DNA of 64,000 nucleotides from Spirochaetes bacterium GWF1_51_8 (GCA_001829415.1 MIBE01000011.1:24760-88759), one strand, 5' to 3'. Positions 52,066 through 61,883 are shown, numbered from the stretch's first letter. Notes: generated by a model from the sequence alone, not told the origin. Numbers and translations are program-made.

Positions 52066-53415
52066 CTATTTTTTGATATCGAATTTTTCCATCTTTGAAT
52101 AAAGAGTCTTACGGGTCACGCCGAGTATCTCCGCGACCGCGCTGATATTGAAATCGTACTTCATCAGCAATTTCCTGATATGCTGTTTCTCGAGGCTGTC
52201 GAGCGAGATGTCCGAGTCCGGCGTCTCCGCGCCATCGTCCGATGCGCCCGCCTTCCGCATCTCCTGCGGGAGCGCGTTCGGTAAGACCACATCCTTTTCC
52301 GCGGTCAGGATGACACGGTTGAGCACATTCTCGAGCTCGCGGACATTCCCCGGCCAACCGTAGTCCATCAGGATGCGCAGGGTCTCGTTATCGAAAATCA
52401 CCTTCTTATGGTAACGCTCGTTGAAAATAGTGAGATAATGCTGGATGAGAAGCGGGATATCTTCGGTCCGTTCGCGTAACGCCGGAAGACGGATCGGGAT
52501 GACGTTCAGGCGGTAATACAGGTCTTCGCGGAAACTGCCGTCCTGAATCATCTTCTTGAGGTCTTTATTCGAGGCGCTGATAATACGGACGTCGACTAAG
52601 ATTTTTTTATCACCGCCGATCCTCAGGAACTCGCGTTCCTGTACCACACGGAGCAGTTTCGCCTGCGCGTCGAGCGAGATGTTCGATATCTCGTCGAGGA
52701 AGATCGTGCCCCCGTCGGCCTGCTCGAATTTCCCCTTGGTGGTCTTGAGCGCGCCCGTGAATGCGCCCTTCTCGTACCCGAAGAGCTCGGTTTCAATGAG
52801 CGATTCCGGGATCGAGGCGCAGTCCACGGGGATGAACGGTTTATCGGAGCGGTTGCCGTTGAAATGGATCGCACGGGCGATCAGTTCCTTCCCGGTGCCG
52901 CTTTCGCCGTAGATCAGCACGGTCGCGTCGTTATTGAGGACGTTTTCCATACTGTTGAACACGGCGCGCATCTCTTTACTATGACTGATAATATTTGAAA
53001 ACAGGGAGCTCGGAAGGATGTGCCGTTCGAGGCTGTCGATCTTCTCCTCGAGACCCTTCTTTTCGATGGCGTTATGGATCGTAACGGTAAGCTTCTTATA
53101 GTCCATGGGCTTCGTGATGTAATCGTAGGCGCCCATTTTCATCGCCTCGACCGCATGATCGATATCGCGGTCGGCGGTGATGACTACCGGGATCGTTTCG
53201 ATGTTCTTGTCCTTGATATAAGCGAGGACGTCGATCCCCGAAACCTCGGGCATTCGCAGGTCGATCAGCGCGACGTCGAAGAGGTTCTTCTCGAACAGCT
53301 CGATCGCTTCTTTGCCGTCGGCCGCGAGCGTTACATCATAGATATCCCTGAACAGTTCGTAGAGAAATTCGCGGATGCCGTATTCGTCGTCGACTACAAG
53401 GAGAGTACGTTTCAT
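52066..53415 (-). CDS. sigma-54-dependent response regulator (NtrC family)
   Basis: REC (LVVDDE..DLRMPE), AAA+ (GESGTGKELIARAIH, EKGAFTGA, FLDEI) and a Fis-type HTH (ISAVAEILGVTRKTLYSKM). Confidence 0.9.
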   Translation of the reverse strand: MKRTLLVVDDEYGIREFLYELFRDIYDVTLAADGKEAIELFEKNLFDVALIDLRMPEVSGIDVLAYIKDKNIETIPVVITADRDIDHAVEAMKMGAYDYITKPMDYKKLTVTIHNAIEKKGLEEKIDSLERHILPSSLFSNIISHSKEMRAVFNSMENVLNNDATVLIYGESGTGKELIARAIHFNGNRSDKPFIPVDCASIPESLIETELFGYEKGAFTGALKTTKGKFEQADGGTIFLDEISNISLDAQAKLLRVVQEREFLRIGGDKKILVDVRIISASNKDLKKMIQDGSFREDLYYRLNVIPIRLPALRERTEDIPLLIQHYLTIFNERYHKKVIFDNETLRILMDYGWPGNVRELENVLNRVILTAEKDVVLPNALPQEMRKAGASDDGAETPDSDISLDSLEKQHIRKLLMKYDFNISAVAEILGVTRKTLYSKMEKFDIKK

Positions 53416-55277
53416 TTTTCTTCGATCCTCGATTTTTCAAAAACGGGAAGACGGATGATCAGCCTGGTGTATTCTCCCTCTTTGGAATCAATCAGGAGAG
53501 TCCCTTTATGCTCCGTGACGATCCTGTGGGAAATCGATAGACCGAGGCCGCTTCCCTTCGACTTAGTAGTATAGAACGGATTGAAAACTTTGTCGAGGTC
53601 TTCTTTCTTTATTCCTTCCCCGTTATCTTCGATCACGATCTCGGCAAATCCCGAAACGATCTCTTCATCGATGCGGATCGTTTTCTTTTTCCGCTTGATC
53701 TCCCTTAACGCTTGGATCGAATTGAGCACGATGTTCATGAATACCTGCGACAGCAGTTCGCGGTTGCCGTAGACGATAATGTCTTCTTTCATGTTCATGA
53801 CGAGGCTGACGTCGCTTTCCTTCAGGCTGTACGCGATCACCTCGCTGACCTCATGAATAATCGCGTTCAGGTCGATAGTGGCGAGGACTCCGATCTGCGG
53901 TTTCGCGAACGACAGAAAGCGTTCGATGATGTTATTGAGGCGGTTTATTTCACGGGAAACGATATTCGCGAACTTCAGGACGAATTCCTCGTCGTGAATC
54001 CTCTGCCAGAGCAGGTCGGCGAAACCCTTGATGGACGTCAACGGGTTTTTTATCTCATGCGCGATACTGGAGATCAACTCGCCCGCCGATGCGAGTTTTT
54101 CGCTCTTGCGGAGCTGGCCCTCTATCTCCTTCTCGTCGGTGATGTCGAAAACCGTGTATAGGTTGACAACGGGCTTAAAACCGATATTGAGGATACGTTT
54201 CGATACGCTCAGGTAGAAATCCCGTTCCGCGCGCTGGATATGGAGCTCCTTCCCGAAGAACTCCGGGAGATTGTAGCTTTCGATCAGGCCGATAACCGCC
54301 TCGATACTCATATTCATACTGTAGACGAGTTCTCGCATATAACGGTTTGTAAAGAGGGTGGTGCCGTCGGTGGACGAGTTCAGGATACCGACAGGGATGT
54401 TTTCGAGCACTTCTTCATTGAACTCTTTAAGTTCGATGGTCTTCTTATACAGAAGGGCGTTCGTGATGATCGCGCCGATCTGAATGGAAAGGTTTGCGAT
54501 GAAACGTTTATCCGCGCCGGTAAAACTCTCGTTGACCGCGGAATAGCTTTTATTAACTAAGTAGATGATCGCGACGAGGACGCCCTTGTTGAAAATAGGG
54601 ACGGCGAGGATCGTTTTCAGGTGCTGGCGGTCTGAGTCCGCCACCGAAAGGCGATTCTCGCGGACTACGCTGTCGATCAGGAGTATCTCCTTGGTATTAT
54701 AAAGATAGTCGCGGAACTCCTTGCCGTCCATCTTGATATTTTTCAGGCTCTCGGCCTTGAATCCCATCGAGAAATTCAAGGTTTCGTTCTCGTTAAAAAT
54801 CTGGAGAAGTCCGACTTCGGCGTTGAGAAATTTTACGATTGTCCCGATCAGGTAGGAGAAAAGGAATTCGTCGCCGATATTGACCGCGAACGCGTTATAA
54901 AGGTCGGAGAACGCGGATTCGATCATGGATTGCTCGTCGCTCTTCGCCTGCATTTCCTTGTACGAGCTGTCGAACAATTTATTGAAATGCGGGAGAAGCC
55001 GCCGCAGTTCCGGGTTTTCCTCACTCCAGACCTTGAGATGCTCGTCGTCTAAAAGTAGCGCCAGACGATGGGGGCTGTCTTTTAGGATTTCGGCGATCTG
55101 GTCGGAAACCTGCAGCTTGCCGGATCTCTTTAAATCCGATTCGGTGATGACACTGGAAAATACTTCGTCCCGGAAAAGGAGGACGTACTTCGGCGAAAGA
55201 GAGGAGATAAGGTCGATGAGGAAGCTTTTTAAAGGCGCGTCATCGATTAAAAACATTCTTGATCTCGCTCGATTCAT
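53412..55277 (-). CDS. cytoplasmic sensor histidine kinase (GAF + PAS-like + HisKA + HATPase)
   Basis: H-box SIAHEIKNPLTSIKGF. N/G boxes NIVLNSIQA, EDNGEGI, GSGLGLSISHRIV. 4-nt overlap with the response-regulator gene. Confidence 0.85.
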   Translation of the reverse strand: MNRARSRMFLIDDAPLKSFLIDLISSLSPKYVLLFRDEVFSSVITESDLKRSGKLQVSDQIAEILKDSPHRLALLLDDEHLKVWSEENPELRRLLPHFNKLFDSSYKEMQAKSDEQSMIESAFSDLYNAFAVNIGDEFLFSYLIGTIVKFLNAEVGLLQIFNENETLNFSMGFKAESLKNIKMDGKEFRDYLYNTKEILLIDSVVRENRLSVADSDRQHLKTILAVPIFNKGVLVAIIYLVNKSYSAVNESFTGADKRFIANLSIQIGAIITNALLYKKTIELKEFNEEVLENIPVGILNSSTDGTTLFTNRYMRELVYSMNMSIEAVIGLIESYNLPEFFGKELHIQRAERDFYLSVSKRILNIGFKPVVNLYTVFDITDEKEIEGQLRKSEKLASAGELISSIAHEIKNPLTSIKGFADLLWQRIHDEEFVLKFANIVSREINRLNNIIERFLSFAKPQIGVLATIDLNAIIHEVSEVIAYSLKESDVSLVMNMKEDIIVYGNRELLSQVFMNIVLNSIQALREIKRKKKTIRIDEEIVSGFAEIVIEDNGEGIKKEDLDKVFNPFYTTKSKGSGLGLSISHRIVTEHKGTLLIDSKEGEYTRLIIRLPVFEKSRIEEK

Positions 55278-55593
55278 ATTCGTGAGATCCGAGAAGCCCG
55301 TCGAGATTGTAAAAACTGCGCTTCTCTTCGAGGAAGATATTGATAATTATATCCCCGTAGTCCATGATCAGCCAGCCGCCGTTCCAGTCTTCCGAGGGGT
55401 TCTTCAACGGCAGCTTGGTCTTCCACATCAATTCTTCTATCCTGCCGCGCCCGGAATCAAGCTGAACCGAACTGTCCGCGGTCGAGACGACGATGTAATC
55501 CGCAATTACCGACTTTTTCCCGAGATCGTAGATACTGATATCCCGGATTTTTAATTCTTCAAGAGCGGATTTTATCCGTTCGATTATTGACAT
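55240..55593 (-). CDS. rsfS: ribosomal silencing factor RsfS (iojap-like)
   Basis: ..DISIYDLGKKSVIADYIVVSTADSSVQ...WLIMDYGDIIINIFLEEKRSFYNLDGLL is the RsfS signature. Confidence 0.85.
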   Translation of the reverse strand: MSIIERIKSALEELKIRDISIYDLGKKSVIADYIVVSTADSSVQLDSGRGRIEELMWKTKLPLKNPSEDWNGGWLIMDYGDIIINIFLEEKRSFYNLDGLLGSHEYESSEIKNVFNR

Positions 55594-55602
55594 TCAACCA
55601 TC

Positions 55603-56403
55603 CTAAAGGAGCTTCATCCATATTTTATTCACGGCATCCTGATCCATCTCTTTCATAATGATATCGTTGTAGAGAGAGAGAATGGCCGAGGTATCCAGTT
55701 TGGTCAGGCCGCAGGACTTCTTGATATCTTCGAGCGCCGACTTATCCAACCCGGCGGGACTTCCCTTGATCGCTTCGTCGAGCTTCTGCGCGATAGCGGG
55801 AATATTCTTATCGGCGGCTTGGTAATCGAGGAGCAGGTTCTTCGACTTCAAAAGGGTCAGGAGCGGGAAAATCTGGTCGCGCGATACTTCGGGGAACACC
55901 ACATTCCGGAAGAACTCGTTGACCTGTATATTCGAGAATCCGTAGAGCCGGAATTCTTTCCGCATATTGTCGATAAACGCCTTGAACGCCGCATCCTTCA
56001 GGTACTTTTCCTCGACTATCTCGTTGATTCCCGAATTGACCGTGAACGCCGTCTGTTCGTTGGCGCTGAGGAAGTTCAGGTAGACAAAGAGATTGTCGCG
56101 GTTCAGTTCTTTCAGGATGATATAACGGAAAAACCAAGCCGTCTTCTTCCCGTCGAACGTCGTAATGGCTTCGTATATCTGGACGTCGCGGTATTCTTTA
56201 TAGAAATTCGCATCGTTTGTCTCATGGGTATCGAGAAGGGCGCCCAGTTCGGCGAGCTTGTCTTCCGCGAAAAGCTGTTTTTCCCGGTCGGTCAGGAGAT
56301 TATAGAAACGGTCGAAGCGGTTCTTGTAACGGAAACTTTCGGATGTGACGACACATCCCGCGAGCACAAAGAGGACCGCGGCAAATAACGTGAGCTTTTT
56401 CAT
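55603..56403 (-). CDS. hypothetical lipoprotein
   Basis: Start at the internal ATG 56403 (MKKLTLFAAVLFVLAGC lipobox; GGAGAG RBS). The track extension to 56565 runs into the repeat element. Confidence 0.65.
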   Translation of the reverse strand: MKKLTLFAAVLFVLAGCVVTSESFRYKNRFDRFYNLLTDREKQLFAEDKLAELGALLDTHETNDANFYKEYRDVQIYEAITTFDGKKTAWFFRYIILKELNRDNLFVYLNFLSANEQTAFTVNSGINEIVEEKYLKDAAFKAFIDNMRKEFRLYGFSNIQVNEFFRNVVFPEVSRDQIFPLLTLLKSKNLLLDYQAADKNIPAIAQKLDEAIKGSPAGLDKSALEDIKKSCGLTKLDTSAILSLYNDIIMKEMDQDAVNKIWMKLL

Positions 56404-56457
56404 GAGACTCTCCTTGAAAATACTTACAGCGCTATAAAAAAACCGCCGTTTCCCGGG

Positions 56458-56675
56458 GGTTGTTGACAAACTTGTCTTGTCATTGCGAGGCGTCATGGTG
56501 AGCGCTTGCCTGCCTTCTACCGAAGGTAGACAGGTCCCGACTTCATCGTCGGGATGCCGAACCATAGCCGAAGCAATCTATGTTATTAACTGATTGGTAA
56601 TTACATAGACTACTTCACCGCTTCGCGTCTCGTAGTGACAAGAAATCTATTCAATACCGGATTTGTCAACACACC
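56458..56675. repeat. ~218-bp intergenic palindromic (MITE/REP-like) element containing the 30-nt core CTTGCCTGCCTTCTACCGAAGGTAGACAGG
   Basis: Terminal inverted repeats GGTTGTTGACAAA / TTTGTCAACACACC. Sub-terminal arms CTTGTCATTGCGAGGCG / CGTCTCGTAGTGACAAG. Inner hairpin GAAGCAATCTATG..CATAGACTACTTC. The core at 56505-56534 recurs at 61814-61842. Confidence 0.5.
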
Positions 56676-56729
56676 CACCGGCGTGCGGGTCGTAAACAAT
56701 TCACGGAAACAGACTGGTTTCCGGCCGCT

Positions 56730-57395
56730 CTATTGCTGGGTCAGCAGGTTTTCGTACATCTGGGTGTTCTCGTCCGGTACGAAAACAAAGCTCCCGTCGG
56801 AAACAGGCTGGTTGATCGAACTCATGTTGTAGGTCAGTTCGAACTCGAGATTTTTCCCCATCGAAGTAACGGCCTTGATCTTGAGGATATACCCTTCCAA
56901 ACTCGCGATCATCTCGATTTTGCGGAAACCCGCGGTATTGTTGCGGGGCTCGAAAATGATCTTGTAGGCGATCTGGTCTTTATATTTGACTTTGAATCCT
57001 TCTTTTGGTTCCATCGGGGCATAATCTTTTATCAGTCTCTTCAAATTCCAGCCCATCATCGGATTGGCCTTGGATTTGTCGAGGATTTCCTTCACCGCGA
57101 TATCCTGGCTGTCGAACAGGAGCCAGAGGTATTTCCCGTCGGACATAATCCTCTGCATCACGCCCTTGAAATCCATCCTGAACTTGTCGGGGGCTTTATA
57201 GATGATCGTGCCGTTGAACGACTTACCGTCGAAAACATAGGCGAACGTTCCGGTAAAAGTTTCGATTTTCGCGATCCGTTCCTGGATAATATCCACGATA
57301 CTCATCGCGTTAAAAACTTCAATAGTCTGCGGCTGAGCTGAGGATAACGCGAGAAACAGGAACAGACCGATCGGAAAAACCGATTTCTTTAACAT
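56730..57395 (-). CDS. LolA-like outer-membrane lipoprotein carrier / sorting family protein
   Basis: Signal peptide. ..FTGTFAYVFDGKSFNGTIIYKAPDKFRMDF...SDGKYLWLLFDSQ.. is a typical LolA-fold N-terminal pattern. Confidence 0.65.
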   Translation of the reverse strand: MLKKSVFPIGLFLFLALSSAQPQTIEVFNAMSIVDIIQERIAKIETFTGTFAYVFDGKSFNGTIIYKAPDKFRMDFKGVMQRIMSDGKYLWLLFDSQDIAVKEILDKSKANPMMGWNLKRLIKDYAPMEPKEGFKVKYKDQIAYKIIFEPRNNTAGFRKIEMIASLEGYILKIKAVTSMGKNLEFELTYNMSSINQPVSDGSFVFVPDENTQMYENLLTQQ

Positions 57396-57488
57396 GGATG
57401 AAGCTCCTTGATTATAAAATTCATCACATTAATTATAGAAAAAAAACTCCGAAAAGTAAAGAAAGGATATGGATATCCGGCTCTCAAT

Positions 57489-57516
57489 TTGACTTTAACC
57501 CGGATTACGGTACAAT
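57489..57516 (+). promoter_or_regulatory. sigma-70-type promoter candidate
   Basis: TTGACT (57489-57494), 16-nt spacer, TACAAT (57511-57516), 23 nt before ATG 57539. Confidence 0.45.
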
Positions 57517-57538
57517 ATAAACAAAAAACGGGAACACT

Positions 57539-59416
57539 ATGCTGTTTTTCGTAAATATAGCGTCCTATCTCCTGATCGCCGGTGCGCTGATGATCATCAT
57601 CGCGCTGATCGCCGGAATCCGTTCACTGAAACAAAATAGTACGCTGTCGATGATCTTTCTCTTCGCCGCGCTGTTCATCTGGTGCGGCGGGAATTATTTC
57701 GAATGGCAGTTCACCGGATTTGCCGAGGCATCCGTCTGGGTGAAGATCAAGTATATCGGGATCATCCTCGCCCCGCCGTTCTGGCTGTTATTCTCCTCGC
57801 AATACACCGGAAACCCGTTCCTCTCCAGAACCCCGGTCATCATCGCGGTATTCGCGATTCCCATTGTGTCGCTCGGCCTCATGCTGACCAACGAAGCCCA
57901 TTCTCTCTTCTGGTCGGGTGTTACCACGACCGTTTATGGATTGAAGACATTTTACCGCTTCAGGATGGGGGTGTGGGGCAATATCCACTTGTTCTACTCG
58001 TACAGCATGCTCCTGTGGTCGGGCATGATACTCTGGGAAGCGGTGCAACGCTTCCCGAAGAAGTTCAAGCCGCAGGTCGTGCTGTTTCTCGCGGCGGGAA
58101 TCCTGCCGTGGATCCTCAGTATCATCTACAGGCTGAGGATATCCGCATCGCTGCCGTTCGATCCGACCGCCGCCGCGTTCGGCGCGACCGCGCTGCTGGC
58201 AATTCTGGGGCTGATCCGGAATCCGTTTCCGCTCCTGCGGATGATGCCTCACGAGCTGATCCTCGATAAGATGCCGGACGCGGTCATGATAGCCGGGATC
58301 GATGGGAGTGTGTCCGAGTCGAACACTTCCGCCGGGCGGATTTTTACAGAGCTGAAATCGAAATTCGGCGAGATGACCTCGCTTTCGGAGTTTTTCCCGG
58401 AGCTCGACCGTGTGGTGAAATCGGCCGTTCCGGGCGCGCCGTTCTCGCGGGGTGTGATCGACTACACCCGCGATAACGACGTCCGCCATTTCGATTACTC
58501 GCTCTACCCCATCCTCATCGCCGAAAAGAAGCCGTTGGGATACCTCATCTTCCTTCACGATATCACCGTCCAGCGTAACGCTATCCTGCAAGCCTTATCC
58601 GAACAGAAGAAGCGCGAGGAGCACGAGAAGATCATGATCCAGCAGTCGAAGCTGGCGGGGATGGGAGAGATGCTCGGGGCGATCGCGCACCAATGGCGTC
58701 AGCCGCTGAACGCGCTCGGCCTCCTTCTCCAGGACCTTGTCGACGCCTACCATTACGGCGAGATCGACAAGACCTACCTTGAGAAAAATGTCGGGACAGC
58801 GATGTCGCAGATCGAATTCCTCTCGCACACTATCGACGACTTCCGTAACTTCTTCAAGCCCAGTAAGGCGCAGGAAGTGTTCGACCTGTCCGCGATGATC
58901 CGCGAGGTGCTGAGCCTGATCACGGCGCAGTTCATGAAAAAGTCGATCTTTATCACCGCCGAGTACCGCCATTCCGACAAGGATGTCCGCATGGTCGAAA
59001 ACCGCCTGAGCGAAAACGCCGTCGAGTACCGTGAGGAAGGCGGAAAGCCGCTTGATATCATCGGATTCCCGGGCGAGATGAAACAGGTGATGCTCAATAT
59101 TCTCAATAATGCCCGCGACGCGATCCTCGAACGGCGGAAGCTGAAGGATTTCCGCAAGATGGAAGGGAAGATCGAGATCAAGGTGGTACGCAGGAAGAGC
59201 GAAGTCAAGATCGAGATATCCGATAACGGCGGCGGGGTTCCCTACGAAATCGTCGACCGGATTTTCGAGCCGTACTTCTCCACGAAGGACGAGGGTAAGG
59301 GGATCGGGATCGGACTCTATATGTCGAAGATGATTATCGAGAAGCACCTCGGCGGAAAAATCCGCATGGAGAATACGCCGGACGGCGCGAAGTTCACGAT
59401 CGAAATGAAGCCTTGA
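57539..59416 (+). CDS. membrane sensor histidine kinase (7TM N-terminal domain + PAS + HisKA + HATPase)
   Basis: ~7 TM helices, a PAS-like block, H-box GAIAHQWRQPLNAL, then NILNNARDA, DNGGGV, GIGIGLYMSKMI. Confidence 0.85.
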   Translation: MLFFVNIASYLLIAGALMIIIALIAGIRSLKQNSTLSMIFLFAALFIWCGGNYFEWQFTGFAEASVWVKIKYIGIILAPPFWLLFSSQYTGNPFLSRTPVIIAVFAIPIVSLGLMLTNEAHSLFWSGVTTTVYGLKTFYRFRMGVWGNIHLFYSYSMLLWSGMILWEAVQRFPKKFKPQVVLFLAAGILPWILSIIYRLRISASLPFDPTAAAFGATALLAILGLIRNPFPLLRMMPHELILDKMPDAVMIAGIDGSVSESNTSAGRIFTELKSKFGEMTSLSEFFPELDRVVKSAVPGAPFSRGVIDYTRDNDVRHFDYSLYPILIAEKKPLGYLIFLHDITVQRNAILQALSEQKKREEHEKIMIQQSKLAGMGEMLGAIAHQWRQPLNALGLLLQDLVDAYHYGEIDKTYLEKNVGTAMSQIEFLSHTIDDFRNFFKPSKAQEVFDLSAMIREVLSLITAQFMKKSIFITAEYRHSDKDVRMVENRLSENAVEYREEGGKPLDIIGFPGEMKQVMLNILNNARDAILERRKLKDFRKMEGKIEIKVVRRKSEVKIEISDNGGGVPYEIVDRIFEPYFSTKDEGKGIGIGLYMSKMIIEKHLGGKIRMENTPDGAKFTIEMKP

Positions 59417-59493
59417 CCCGCCCTAAAATTGATTTTTACTCTTTTCCGCACTAAAATACGTTTCCCATACCGGAAATTTACCGGGGAGCGGCC

Positions 59494-60843
59494 ATGGCTT
59501 TCTACGAGAAGTATTACCATAAAATGCCCGACGGCACTATCAAGCAGATCAACCCGTTCTCCAACACCGAAGTCTGGTGTGTCGAGGAGCGCGGGCGAAA
59601 ACCCACGATCAATTCCGTCCCGCATGCTCCCGAACCGCTCGACCGCCGTGAACCGGAAGACTATTGCCATTTCTGCGAGACCAACTATATCTTCACGCCG
59701 CCCGAGAAGAACAGGGTCTATCTCGATCCGGCCGGGTCGTGGAAACGCGAGCCGTTTATCCAATCCGACTCGCTCGAGAAATACCCGGCGGAGTTCAGAA
59801 GGCTGGGCAATCTCTTCGAGATCGTCACTTACGACTACTGGCGGATGAACTACGGGTATGTCATGCCCGCGTTCTGCAAGGAATGGCAGGATAGCTATCT
59901 GGCATCGAAAAAGGGCTACGACCATATTATGAACGTGCTCGAACTGAAGCTCAGGATGATCGGGCTGGATATGAGCGGGATGTCCGAGGACGAACGGATA
60001 CTGAAGACCGCGCCGTTTTTCGGCGGGTGTCACGAACTCCTGATAGGCAGGAAGCATTTTGTGGCGGGCGCGGAATCCCATCACGAGCTTTGCTCCTCAG
60101 GGGAACTCTCCCCAGACGAGCACTACCAATACCTCCTTCTCGCGGTCGATACGCTCCTCGATATCTACCGTCAGAACCCGTTCGTGCGCTATATCAGCGT
60201 GTTCCAGAACTGGCTCAAACCCGCGGGCGCGTCGTTCGACCATCTCCATAAACAGCTTGTCGGCCTCGACGAATGGGGCGTGCAGATGTCGAGCGAGACG
60301 GAGTCCCTGCGCGGCAATCCCAATCTCTATAACGAACTTGCGTCTAACTTCGCGATTTACAACTCGCTTCTGATCGCCGAGAATGACTACGCGATGGCGT
60401 TCACCGAAATAGGCCACCGTTTCCCGACTGTCGCGATCTACTCGAAAAGCCACAATTGCCGGCCGTTCGAACAGACCGAGGACGAGATACGCGGGATGAG
60501 CGACCTCGTGCATGCCGTCCATTGCGCGATCACCTCGCAGACCACCTGCAACGAGGAATGGTTCTTCGCGCCGTTCGACTCGATCTACGCCGCGCCGTGG
60601 CATATCCTGATCAAACTCCGCCTGCATAATCCGGCCGGATTCGAGGGGAACACCAAGATTTATATCAATCCGATCAGTCCTGAGAAGCTGAGCCGCGACA
60701 TATCCGAGGCTCTTGTCGAACGGCGGAGCGCGGGGCTGATCGCGCCCGGAATCAGGGTAGGCGAGGAAGTCCGCCGCACCCCGAATCCGTTGAAATACTA
60801 CCTCGGGACATTGAAGAACATCTCTTCCGAGGGCCATGCATGA
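59494..60843 (+). CDS. GalT/HIT-superfamily nucleotidyltransferase-like protein (DUF4921-like)
   Basis: 449 aa. N-terminal CHFCE (CxxC) and FDHLHKQL, which resembles the GalT HxHxQ active-site motif. Exact substrate unknown. Confidence 0.7.
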   Translation: MAFYEKYYHKMPDGTIKQINPFSNTEVWCVEERGRKPTINSVPHAPEPLDRREPEDYCHFCETNYIFTPPEKNRVYLDPAGSWKREPFIQSDSLEKYPAEFRRLGNLFEIVTYDYWRMNYGYVMPAFCKEWQDSYLASKKGYDHIMNVLELKLRMIGLDMSGMSEDERILKTAPFFGGCHELLIGRKHFVAGAESHHELCSSGELSPDEHYQYLLLAVDTLLDIYRQNPFVRYISVFQNWLKPAGASFDHLHKQLVGLDEWGVQMSSETESLRGNPNLYNELASNFAIYNSLLIAENDYAMAFTEIGHRFPTVAIYSKSHNCRPFEQTEDEIRGMSDLVHAVHCAITSQTTCNEEWFFAPFDSIYAAPWHILIKLRLHNPAGFEGNTKIYINPISPEKLSRDISEALVERRSAGLIAPGIRVGEEVRRTPNPLKYYLGTLKNISSEGHA

Positions 60844-61760
60844 TCGAAGTATTCATACAGGTCATGCTCCCCGTCCTGATCGTTTTCGCGCTCGGGTACC
60901 TGGCGGGGCGTTTCTTCGATTTCGACAACAAAACCCTTTCGACCCTCTCGCTCTATCTGCTGACCCCCGCGCTGATCTTTCAGTCGATCTACAAGTATAA
61001 AAACTTCTTCGAGCTCACCACTCTCAAGATGCTCGGTGCGATTACATTGATCGCGGTGCTGATTATTGCCGGGGTGGAACTCGCGGGGAAGATATTCAAG
61101 CTCGACAAGTCGACGCGGGTCGTGCTGATATTGACATTGATGCTGTCCAATTCGGGGAACTTCGGCCTCCCGATCAACCAATACGCGTTCGGCGACGAAG
61201 CCCTTCTGGTGGCGAGCGTGCTTCTGGTGATCTACTCGTTCTATACGAACACGGTCGGGGTGATCGTGGCGGCGGCGGATAAGTCCGATATCAAACAGGC
61301 GCTCCTCGGGTCGCTCAAGATGCCGTTTTTTTACGTGCTGGTCGCCGCGCTCGCGCTCAATTTCTTCCATGTGGAGATTCCCGCCCCGTTGTTCAAGCCC
61401 ATCGAACTGATTGGGCTTTCGGCGATCCCGCTCAACCTGCTCCAGTTGGGATTTAACCTGTCGAAGATCAGGAAGCTGGAACGCCTGCCGCTTGTGTTTA
61501 CAGCGTCGGCGATCAAGCTCGCGGTGATCCCGTTCGGCTCGTACTTCCTGCTGATGCTTCTCGGACTACAGGGACTCGATTTCAAATCGACGATCCTCCA
61601 GATCGCGATGCCCCCGGCGGTCTACTGCTCGATCCTCGCCGCGCATTACGACAGCGACTCCGAACTCGCGAGCAGTATCGTCTTTGTTTCGACAATCCTG
61701 AGCTTTATCAGTTTAAGCGTATTGATCTATTTATTGATGGGCGGTTCTAAAAACTATTAA
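60840..61760 (+). CDS. auxin efflux carrier (AEC) family transporter
   Basis: ATGA overlap with the upstream gene. MIEVFIQVMLPVLIVFALGYLAGRF. ~10 TM helices. Confidence 0.85.
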   Translation: MIEVFIQVMLPVLIVFALGYLAGRFFDFDNKTLSTLSLYLLTPALIFQSIYKYKNFFELTTLKMLGAITLIAVLIIAGVELAGKIFKLDKSTRVVLILTLMLSNSGNFGLPINQYAFGDEALLVASVLLVIYSFYTNTVGVIVAAADKSDIKQALLGSLKMPFFYVLVAALALNFFHVEIPAPLFKPIELIGLSAIPLNLLQLGFNLSKIRKLERLPLVFTASAIKLAVIPFGSYFLLMLLGLQGLDFKSTILQIAMPPAVYCSILAAHYDSDSELASSIVFVSTILSFISLSVLIYLLMGGSKNY

Positions 61761-61804
61761 CATCTATAACATTAAGTATGATATTTCTTTATAATACGCC
61801 TAAT

Positions 61805-61874
61805 GGTCACTTCCTTGCCTGCCTTCTACGAAGGTAGACAGGCCGCCGAGATTCGGCGGTTATTAGAAGTGACC
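61805..61874. repeat. 70-nt structured repeat (second copy of the 30-nt core) between convergent genes
   Basis: Outer stem GGTCACTTC / GAAGTGACC encloses CTTGCCTGCCTTCTACGAAGGTAGACAGG and the hairpin CCGCCGA-GAT-TCGGCGG. Confidence 0.5.
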
Positions 61875-61883
61875 TGATGTAAC

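Noticed and set aside
56476-56642. Attempt to infer the transcribed strand of the palindromic element from G-U wobble versus A-C mismatches
   Set aside because: The outer arms have three mismatches that are G-U compatible on the + strand. The inner hairpin's two mismatches are G-U compatible only on the - strand. The signals conflict, so no strand call was made.
57682-59347. ORFs 57682..58269 (+, off-frame), 57788..58591 (-) and 58595..59347 (-), overlapping the 7TM histidine kinase
   Set aside because: The kinase frame contains the H, N and G boxes. The alternatives are Arg/Gly/Pro-rich shadows.
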